This document shows positions 1 through 8,876 of a stretch of DNA of 36,247 bases, one piece after another. Source of the stretch: a bacterium (lineage in GTDB: Bacteria > SZUA-182 > DTGQ01 > JAFGSM01); the NCBI GenBank assembly GCA_049472335.1, contig JBLIRO010000050.1, positions 1-36,247 on the forward strand, written 5' to 3'. The first letter of the stretch is position 1, and the number at the start of each line of letters is the position of its first letter. The translations under genes and the position numbers were made by a program. Below the pieces are notes generated by a model. It had not been told where the DNA came from, did no database searches, and saw only the letters and a list, made by a program, of their open reading frames with translations.

Positions 1-199
1 CTTCCTTGTAGATTGTTATCTTCTATCCATTTTAATTTTGTTCTATCATTAGCGAACACTTGAACATCTTTCAATTCAAACACTCTTAATTCTTTATTTT
101 CTTCTTGTCTCATTTTTTTTTACACTTATTATTCTATGCCCATCCAAGGGATATCCGCTAACACTTGCCGGTAATGTTGTCGAGCTTAATACCTATGGC

Positions 200-3100
200 A
201 TGCCGGTCGGCATTAAGGACATAAATGTCTATCTTTATGAAAAAGTAGATGTTTTGGAAAACGGACTGGAATATTCCAAACCGGCTGGTGTATCCGATCA
301 AAATGGTTATTTTACTGTATCAAATGTCTCCATAAACAAGGATTATCTCCTTCTGTTCTCCACCCGTGCCCTGGCAGGAGAGGAGAGGTATCTTGATTTT
401 TTTTATGGCAAATTCAATCCTTCCGATACTTCATATGTAATAGATACAAGATTAGATCCGGAGATAGCCCCGACATTGCGGTTCAGCTATGATTCCCCTT
501 ATCCCGTGACTATACCCAACACGTATCCACAATATATTTCCGTTCCGGAAGGATTTGCCATCAGAGGCTTAGTAAAGGACCAAAGCGGAAATCCCATTCC
601 TAATGTTGCGATAGAGGTGTTTCAGGACCAAAATGATGCGCCTGCACCATTGCCGTATCCCCTTTACCGGATTGTTAAGACCTTTTCTCCTTCGACTCAA
701 GGATATAACTTCAGGATAGGCGGACTGAGAAAAGACGGAAAATATTATATAAATGCGGTGCCGGATAACTTAAACATGACCGATACCGGTGGTTATATAG
801 GATCATTCTATATGACCTCAGGCAAGGATAAACCAAAACTCTTTAAGATGCCTTCCACATACAGCGAAAACGACCAAAATGCCGGGGATCTGGTTTTGGC
901 AAAAGGAGGGAGATTGTGGGGGTATTTAAAGGATCAGGACGGTCAACCTATAAGGGATTCCATAATCCGAATGCAGGCACTGGGTTACAAAGATCAGCAG
1001 GTCGTTTTTTCGGCAAGCTGTCTTTATGATCCCAATGCACCTTCATACGATCAATTATCCCTGTGGGATAGATTCTACTTTGGGTTCAATAATGTCTCTT
1101 ATAACTCAAACGGTAAGTTTGAATTGAAAGGACTATCCCTGGAAGGACTGGATTTTTTCTTCTTTGCTATAGAGGCCCCTCCGTCCGGGTCTGCTAAGAA
1201 ATATGCAACGCCTCTGTTTTATGACGGAAACACGGGAACATATAACGGTAATAATACAAAGGCCATAACACTAAATAATGAGAACAGGGATTTCAGGGTG
1301 GATTTTCAGTTTGAGCCGGGTGGTACTATAAAAGGAGCTATTACATATGAGGCGGATATTGGATCTAACGCACGGGCTATGCTGGATCTCTCCCCTGAAG
1401 ACATCAGTGAGTTTCCCATATTAATCGATGCTTATTACGCAGAAGAAGACGGAAGTTATTTCTGGATAGGTCAGGGTGACAGGACAGGGGAGGGAAGTTA
1501 TTCTGTTTCCGGGCTTCCTCAGGGGGCTTATTTTTTAAGGGCATATGATCAATATGGGTTTTATACACAGAAATATTTCAATGATAAAATAACTATAGCA
1601 ACCGCAAACAAGATCACCCTTCCTTCAGGGGGAACGGTCACAGGCAGGGATATTTCCCTGTCATTGGGAGGGCTTGTCACCGGCAGGGTCCTCAATCAAC
1701 AAGGATCTCCAATAGAAGGGGCCTAGGTTTCCGCCTATCTGAGAAATCCAGCGAATCCCTTGACCGGTTATTATTTTTCAAACAGTGAAGGAAGCATAAT
1801 CGCACAATATCCCAAACAGACCGATTCTGATGGAAGATTTGTTATATACGGACTTCCATCGGGATCTTATTCCATTTTTATAAACGGCCTTATAGTGGAT
1901 TCATCAACAGCTTATATCGGCCAGTTCCTTGCCTCTCAAACCGGTGGGGCTATGATAGCCAATGAGGCTGAACCCATAGAGATCACTGTCAATAATCCCA
2001 ATTTAGTAGATCTTGCTTCAATAGAACTCGATTCCACAGGTTCTAAATCGGGAGGAATTATCTCGGGCACCATATCCTCCCAAGCAGATCCTAATTTGGT
2101 GGATCTTTCCTCCCAGGCATTTTACATCTATCTTGTTGATGCTGTCACCGGCATCAGGCAGGCTAATCAGTCCTTCCGTTTTGACACTGACTCCATGGGG
2201 TCCAACAGCCTCCCCTACTCGATAACAGCCCCGGAAGATGGGGAATATATCCTTGCAATTCAAGATCAGGCGGGGAAACTTTTGCCCCATTATTATAACA
2301 GTAATCAGACAACAGTGGACAAAGGCCTTGCCACACATCTTACTATTGATCATGCAATTTCAGGCAAGCGGTTTATCACCGGTATCAATATTACCCTCAA
2401 AAAGGTAGCGGCCGTAATCTCGGGACATGCCCTTGGTGAAGGGGGTGTCGGGGTCTCCGGGCTTGAGATCTACGCCTTCCAGAAAATACTGGAAGGCCCC
2501 GGTAAAGGGCAATGGAAGAGCTTAATAATGACGACTACGGGGGAGGACGGGCAGTTTACCTTAAGGGATCTTTATGAGGGGACCTATGTATTTTCAGCAT
2601 ATGATAGGGATTTTAGCTATGTAGCGCGATATTATAACCCTTCAAAGGATGCTTATACCTTTGATGACGCCTTTGAATGGACCTATAGTGTAAATGATAC
2701 GAGTCCGCCCCCTGCAATCACGTTTAATCTTAAAAGGGGCGGAAGCATTGACGGTTTGGTAACCGGAAATGTCTCCAAGGCTCAGATATATGTCAAGTTA
2801 AAGGGAGGGAGCGGCAAGTTTGATTATGCAATCTTTGCAGATCCCAATTTTGTTCTAAAGGGCATAGCACCGGGTGATTATATACTTTCATGTAAGGACC
2901 CCGGCCTTGATTATCTTTCTGGATATTATACCCAAAGCGGGATCACGAGAGATCCTGATAGCGCCGAGATAATAAGCGTTGTGGCAGGGCAGACCCGGTC
3001 CGGAGTGACAATAAGCTTTTATCAGAAAGGGGCAAAAATAATTGGTCATATACTCACGGATTCGGGAAATGGTATATTAGAGCCCATGTCCGATATGTTT

Positions 3101-3964
3101 GTTTTTCTTTATTCTGTTTTTTCACAGGAGAAACCTTGGGACACCGAGCCCCTTCAGTATGACATAAGCGATCCAAATGGCCTTTATATCTTAAAAGGAC
3201 TCCCGGTTGGAGAATATAAGATATTGATATTCAACGATGAATTTAGGCCAATAATCAAAGGGCTCTCCATAAATCCCTACGATCTCGGCAGCACCATAGA
3301 AGATCAGGACATTATATTTCCCGGGGGCCGGTCGAATAAGAAATATGATAAATTAATCAATCTGGAAAAGGGACTCAATCTGATAGCCTATCCTGCCCTT
3401 GTCCCACCTGTAATTAATGGTTATTTCTCTTCCTCCTTTCTAAAAGATATCGCACTTGTAACCGGGAGGACATATTTAAATCTTAAAACCTATTTCCCAG
3501 GGCAGCGGATTTGGAAGAACACCTCATACGGGAATATCGGGATTCAGGGTGCATATCTTATGGGCTCTTCAGGAACTTCTTTTGCCCTTCGAAGTAGACA
3601 GGGCCTGTTGTGTTACTCAGGAAAAGAGAAACATATCTCGTTAAACTCTTTTCCGGGTCAAACCCCTCTGTGGCTTTCGCAGGGCAAAAACCTGGTCGGA
3701 AATATACCCACAGATCCTGATATGACTGCACTTAATGACCCTAATCTCCTTCAAGACGGGCAATTCACAACCAGGAAACTTTTACGGCGGTTAAAAGAGG
3801 ATTCTTCCATATCCGTACGGACATTTGATGCAAAGGCAGGAAAGTGGCAGACAACCTATTGGATGTGGGGAAGTCCCTCGGGTGCCGAGGTGCCGACCGA
3901 TGACTCCCGGGGTTATCTGATTGATATGAAAAAGGATCTTTTTAATTGGTATCCTGTCAGATGA
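200..3964 (+). CDS. Large secreted repeat protein (carboxypeptidase-regulatory-like beta-sandwich repeats plus C-terminal LxxGxNL domain), interrupted by one in-frame TAG at 1724-1726 (nonsense allele, readthrough or base error)
   Basis: ORFs 200..1726 and 1760..3964 are in the same frame. The junction reads GSPIEGA-TAG-VSAYLRNPANPLTGYY. Repeats include IRGLVKDQSGNPIPNVAI, LWGYLKDQDGQPIRDSII, VTGRVLNQQGSPIEGA*V and ISGHALGEGGVGVSGLEI. The true start is uncertain because the frame is open and hydrophobic back to 53. Confidence 0.7.
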
Positions 3965-4066
3965 TACGGTGTAATCCCGGTTACAACCGAGGGATGTTGT
4001 TAAATAGTCATCTAAAGTGAAAGCGAGCTTTTATTTGATTAAGGAATTAATTTTTAAATTAAATAC

Positions 4067-4999
4067 TCAGGCGATGCGCTTTCCTTTGCTCATGTCATTA
4101 GGGGTATCGTCAAAAAGCTCTATCACGTGATATACACAGGTTATACGCTTGCCATGTCCGCTATGGATAAAGTCATGAATCTCATTAGTATAGGCGATTA
4201 AATCCTTCTCGTACTCTGACAGCCAAGGATTTTTAGGATGTAAAAGCTGTGGAATCGCACGAATCTCAAAGGTAGGAAATGCGAGAAAGGAGGCCGATGT
4301 GATTGGATTGGCCATCATATTGAGGAAGGTGTGTGTATGGAATTCCGGTGATGTGAACAGTTCCAGCGAGACTTGCTTTGTGCGGTCAAATATTGATTGA
4401 TCTCTGTAAAAGTCTGCAAGGAATCTCACCTTGTCATGAATCCGTCTTGAGTGATTGCTCCTTGTATCCCTTTCGATCCGATTTCGCTCTTCATTAATCT
4501 TTTGTGTTATTTCTCTGACCTTGTCAGCATGTATGGTAAATCCCATTCCTTTATATGCAGTGTTGAGGGATACGGATGAATCCCGGGACGGACCTCCATA
4601 GGTCGCCACACAGGCATTGTGTGATCCGGCGAGGTCCCTTGGATCGAGACCACCAAACCTGAGCATTCTCCCAAGGCGTGCCACCCTTGTCTCCAGGCTC
4701 CAGGTTATAAATTCTTCGGGCAGATCAATAATCTTGAATTCTCGCCATGATCCGTCAATAAAGGCCCGGATTATCCTCTTATCAATACGCCTGGCGTCAA
4801 CTGTCTTGTGAATTACAAATTCATCCTTATGCCACCAGGAAGACGGATTAACATCGTTTGATTGACTGGTTTGATCTATTAAATCGTATCCGTCTTGCCG
4901 GCCATTGCAACCAATAGTAATCCCACCTACAGCAGCCAAACCTATAGAAGATTTCCTGAGGAAATCTCTGCGTGTGACCGATTTATCTTGGATAGACAT
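4067..4999 (-). CDS. Tat-exported putative lipoprotein, C-terminal half resembling pyridoxamine-5'-phosphate-oxidase-like (FMN split-barrel) proteins
   Basis: Start reassigned to ATG 4999 (MSIQDKSVTRRDFLRK), which avoids overlap with the upstream gene. Twin-arginine motif TRRDFL and lipobox-like ITIGC. The fold guess rests on HTFLNMMANPITSASFL..FEIRA and YHVIELFDDTP. Confidence 0.65.
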   Translation of the reverse strand: MSIQDKSVTRRDFLRKSSIGLAAVGGITIGCNGRQDGYDLIDQTSQSNDVNPSSWWHKDEFVIHKTVDARRIDKRIIRAFIDGSWREFKIIDLPEEFITWSLETRVARLGRMLRFGGLDPRDLAGSHNACVATYGGPSRDSSVSLNTAYKGMGFTIHADKVREITQKINEERNRIERDTRSNHSRRIHDKVRFLADFYRDQSIFDRTKQVSLELFTSPEFHTHTFLNMMANPITSASFLAFPTFEIRAIPQLLHPKNPWLSEYEKDLIAYTNEIHDFIHSGHGKRITCVYHVIELFDDTPNDMSKGKRIA

Positions 5000-5006
5000 T
5001 ATTCTT

Positions 5007-5783
5007 TTAAATTGCTCCCACTTCGGAGCAGAAGTAGACGAATAGAAATACCGTAGTTGCCGCGCTGAGAATATGCCAGGCGGCATGACCTTGCCATATG
5101 CTGTCTGGCTTACACAGGGGAGCCTCGTTTCTGGAAAACCACCAGATAATCCATGCGGCGATAAATATTCCCACTCCTCCAATAAGCCAGCCGATCGTGC
5201 GGTCTGGTCCCTTAATGTTGAAGAGGATCTCGATCGCAACTGCTATCCCGATCACCAGCCCGAACAAGAGCTTCCCTGAGTGCTGCCAGCGCCAGAACCA
5301 TGTAATGAGGGCCAGGGCGATGTTGATCCCTGCATACATAAGCAAAAAATAGCCAAGGTTAAGTTTGTAGAGCCGGGTCAGGTCGTAGCAAGGGATGAAG
5401 GTAATATAGGTGTTCATGGAGAGATTGTCGAGCCATCCGCCCCATTGCTTAAGGGAGGCATGCAGAAACATGCTGCCGGGACCCAGCCAGATCACAAGGC
5501 AACCATAGAGGATAGAGTATAAGCTGAGCGATAAAAAAGGATTTTGAGGTGTAGTTAAAGTCTTGGAGAGATCCAGAAAGAGAAGAATACCCAGACCGGC
5601 CAGGACAAAACTAAGATTGGACCAGGTGTTGACCGGCTCCTTGATCATCTTGCCTGTTCGGGGTCTTTCACAAAACTCGTGCTCTTCATCGGCAGCCGAA
5701 CTTCCACCCCAGCCTTTGGCTCCTAGAATGAAGAATGCGATCATTACTAATCCGAAAAAAATCAAACCGATAGTAACGGCCAT
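5007..5783 (-). CDS. CREST-superfamily (alkaline ceramidase-like) 7-TM metal-dependent membrane hydrolase
   Basis: FCE..EPVNTWSN, SMFLH (SxxxH), a conserved Asp in WLDNLSM and HAAWH (HxxWH), with multiple TM helices. Confidence 0.8.
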   Translation of the reverse strand: MAVTIGLIFFGLVMIAFFILGAKGWGGSSAADEEHEFCERPRTGKMIKEPVNTWSNLSFVLAGLGILLFLDLSKTLTTPQNPFLSLSLYSILYGCLVIWLGPGSMFLHASLKQWGGWLDNLSMNTYITFIPCYDLTRLYKLNLGYFLLMYAGINIALALITWFWRWQHSGKLLFGLVIGIAVAIEILFNIKGPDRTIGWLIGGVGIFIAAWIIWWFSRNEAPLCKPDSIWQGHAAWHILSAATTVFLFVYFCSEVGAI

Positions 5784-6290
5784 GGCTTTATCCTCCTTTT
5801 GCCCCAGATCTTGATTTTTCCTACAAAAAAGATTTTTTATTGACAGATCTTGGAATTTAACAAATGGTTTATAGCTATTGAATAAATTTTATATTTTATT
5901 TATTGCTGAAAGTCAAAATCCAGCAATTAATTATGGTAGTAAAATTGCCCGATAGCACTAACCACAAGGTATTTGGCCAAAATTAGAACTGCTGGTCAAA
6001 ATCTGACTCTATCAAGATACCCGCCTTCTAAAAAACAAAAAGATTCAACTGGGAAAAAGTGTGTATTTTTACGTCTATTCAAATAGGGACTTCATAAGAA
6101 ATCCAGGCATCTAAAATTGACAGAATTGTAAAAAGGTCTTTTATGTGTCTAATTTCTTACAACTGCATGATATCTAAGGATATAAAGGAGGTGGGGGATA
6201 GATTTCAAATCAAAAAATGATTTTTAAATCATTTAAGCTTTAACTAAACATTCAATATCAGAAATCATTTTTAGCAATGAGGTAAGAATA

Positions 6291-8786
6291 ATGAAAAGAA
6301 AGATGATTATCTTAAGTATTTTTTGTGTTTTATGTGTTTTAACCTCTTTTGTGTACGCAGATAATCTTCCATACAATTTTAACAATGGATATGATACTTA
6401 TGCATTTAATAGTACCAGCTCCTATTCATCAGAAGACATATATACTGAGCCCAATATGCCTTTATATGATGAAATGACAGGAGATTATAGCGACTCCTCC
6501 GGCAGCTATGCGCCCGGAGATGGAAGCTATAGCGACGATTTCAATGATTCAGGGGGCACAGATAAAGTGAGGTATAGAGATGGATCTGTTGGTGTTTCCG
6601 GAATCTCAAACCTTACAGGCAGTCTTGGATATGGTGTCAATTCGGGTATAGGATTTGGCACCGGGCTTAACAGTCTGAGTAATATTTATGGCGCCGGATT
6701 GACCGGATTGAGCAGTGGTTTATTTTCCGGATTTTCTAATGTTTACGGCAGCTATGGCAGTCTAAACCTCTACAATTCGAATATAAGCTCGATGTCTCCA
6801 TATACATCCCTTGCAGGAATGAACCTTTTTTCCTCTTTTGGAGCACCCATGAATTTTTCTGGATTTTACAACTTAAACAATGCCTATAGTAACATATATG
6901 GAAATTTTGGATATCAACCATGGAATACGATGGGCGGATTATACGGCAATATGGGAGGGCTCTATGCACTTGGTAGTTTAGGAGGATTGTATGGATTTGG
7001 TGGTATGGGCTATTCGTTTCAAGGTATATATGGTTCATACCAATCCTCTTCTTCAGGTTTAGGATTAGGTTATGGTAGCTTGGGAATTGGTTTTGGTTCA
7101 GGTTCAGGTAGTTATGGAGGTCTCGGTGTTTCCTATTCAAGTGGATTAAGTGCAGGTGGCGGCGGAGGAGGTGGTGTTTATTATCCTTCTTCTGCTGCTT
7201 ACAGTTATGGCGGCGGATACAGCGGAGGCAGCGGAGGCACCAATCTCGGATATTCCACAGGAGGGGCAAAGGATATCAATAACTTCCGGCAGAATATCGA
7301 AAACGATTATTTGCCTCTTTTTACGGATATAACCTATGAAGGTTTATATTATGACTATTATTTCGATACCGGACAACAGGAAGAGTGTTTTGAACTGTTC
7401 TGCCCTTCATATAATCCGGCGGTTTCCAAAGATCCTTTCTCTGAAAATGTGGAATATTTCATGTCTGTCGGATTAAATTCAGGGATCAAGGAGAGTGATT
7501 TCCAGAGGAAAAAACTGAACCTGGTCATTGTTCTTGATATTTCAGGCTCAATGGGTGCGACATTCAGTAAGTATTACTATGATCGATTCGGCAATCAGCA
7601 AGAGCTCGAGCAGGGAGATGATGAAGGGAAGACGAAGATCCAGATTGCCACGGAGGCCGTGGTAGCACTTATTGATCATCTCAATCTTGATGACCGGTTT
7701 GGCCTCGTCACCTTTGATACCGTGGCTGACGTCTATGTCCCCCTGCAATCTGTAGGACAGATGGACATCCAGCAGATAAAGAATGATGTTATGGAGATCT
7801 TTGATCGGGGAGGCACGGCTTTATCAGAGGGGATGAAGAAAGGAACTGAACAGTTTGCCGAATACCTTGATATCGATTTCTCAGTCTATGAAAACAGAAT
7901 CATATTTATTACGGACGCGATGCCCAATATAGGTGACACGGGCAAAACCGGGCTATTGGGCATGCTGAATGACAATGCGGATAAGAAGATATACACGACC
8001 TTTATAGGTGTCGGGGTTGATTTTAATACTGAGCTTGTGGAGTATATCACAAAGATAAGGGGGGCAAATTATTACTCTGTCCATTCCTCCACTCAATTTA
8101 AAGAGAGAATGGATGACCAGTTTGAGTTTATGGTAACCCCGCTTGTGTTTAATCTGGAAATGAATCTGAAATCAATAGGATATGAAATTGCAAAGGTCTA
8201 TGGCTCTCCTGAGGCGGATGAAGCTACAGGCGAACTTATGAAGGTAAAAACACTCTTTCCGTCAGAAACGGTTGAAGAAGGGGTGAAGGGCGGAATAGTG
8301 TTGCTGCATCTTATAAAGCTGCCTGAGGTTGAAGAAGCAGAGGGAGAACAAATGGATCCCACGGAGCTGACCCTGTCTGTGTCCTATGAAGACCGCCTGG
8401 GAAATACCCATGTTAGTGAGAAGATAATTCATTTTGGCAATCTGGAGCCGGAATATTTTGACAATAACGGAACAAGAAAGGCCGTCCTGCTTGCCCGATA
8501 TGCAAACATGATCAAAAACTGGATATTTGACGAGCGCACCAGTCTGAAAGAGGACTCTGTTATAGAGACCTCGGTAACGTATGATGATGGCATCACGATT
8601 CCAATTTGCGTCCCCAGTGTATTGGGTGAATGGGAGCGACAATCGGTTGATTTGCAGGTGTCGGATGAGTATAAGCAATTATTCGCTGAATTTAAGCCTT
8701 ATTTTGAAGCTGAAATGGCTGCTATTGGCGATGAAGACCTGGCGCAGGAGGTTGAGGTGCTGGATAAGCTGATCAACCATAACTAG
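6291..8786 (+). CDS. Secreted VWA-domain protein with Gly/Ser/Tyr-rich low-complexity N-terminal region
   Basis: Signal peptide MKRKMIILSIFCVLCVLTSFVYA, MIDAS motif VLDISGSM, GGT, IIFITDAMPN. RBS-like GAGG upstream. Confidence 0.85.
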   Translation: MKRKMIILSIFCVLCVLTSFVYADNLPYNFNNGYDTYAFNSTSSYSSEDIYTEPNMPLYDEMTGDYSDSSGSYAPGDGSYSDDFNDSGGTDKVRYRDGSVGVSGISNLTGSLGYGVNSGIGFGTGLNSLSNIYGAGLTGLSSGLFSGFSNVYGSYGSLNLYNSNISSMSPYTSLAGMNLFSSFGAPMNFSGFYNLNNAYSNIYGNFGYQPWNTMGGLYGNMGGLYALGSLGGLYGFGGMGYSFQGIYGSYQSSSSGLGLGYGSLGIGFGSGSGSYGGLGVSYSSGLSAGGGGGGGVYYPSSAAYSYGGGYSGGSGGTNLGYSTGGAKDINNFRQNIENDYLPLFTDITYEGLYYDYYFDTGQQEECFELFCPSYNPAVSKDPFSENVEYFMSVGLNSGIKESDFQRKKLNLVIVLDISGSMGATFSKYYYDRFGNQQELEQGDDEGKTKIQIATEAVVALIDHLNLDDRFGLVTFDTVADVYVPLQSVGQMDIQQIKNDVMEIFDRGGTALSEGMKKGTEQFAEYLDIDFSVYENRIIFITDAMPNIGDTGKTGLLGMLNDNADKKIYTTFIGVGVDFNTELVEYITKIRGANYYSVHSSTQFKERMDDQFEFMVTPLVFNLEMNLKSIGYEIAKVYGSPEADEATGELMKVKTLFPSETVEEGVKGGIVLLHLIKLPEVEEAEGEQMDPTELTLSVSYEDRLGNTHVSEKIIHFGNLEPEYFDNNGTRKAVLLARYANMIKNWIFDERTSLKEDSVIETSVTYDDGITIPICVPSVLGEWERQSVDLQVSDEYKQLFAEFKPYFEAEMAAIGDEDLAQEVEVLDKLINHN

Positions 8787-8822
8787 GATTAATTGAATCG
8801 AGTAATTGCCATATTTGTTTTC

Positions 8823-8869
8823 CTGTCCTCCTGCCCCTCTTCTTTTCAGGGAGAGGGGCAGGAGGACAG
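8823..8869. terminator. Strong hairpin between convergent genes, probable bidirectional terminator
   Basis: 18-bp perfect inverted repeat CTGTCCTCCTGCCCCTCT / AGAGGGGCAGGAGGACAG with an 11-nt loop. Confidence 0.75.
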
Positions 8870-8876
8870 ATTTTAA

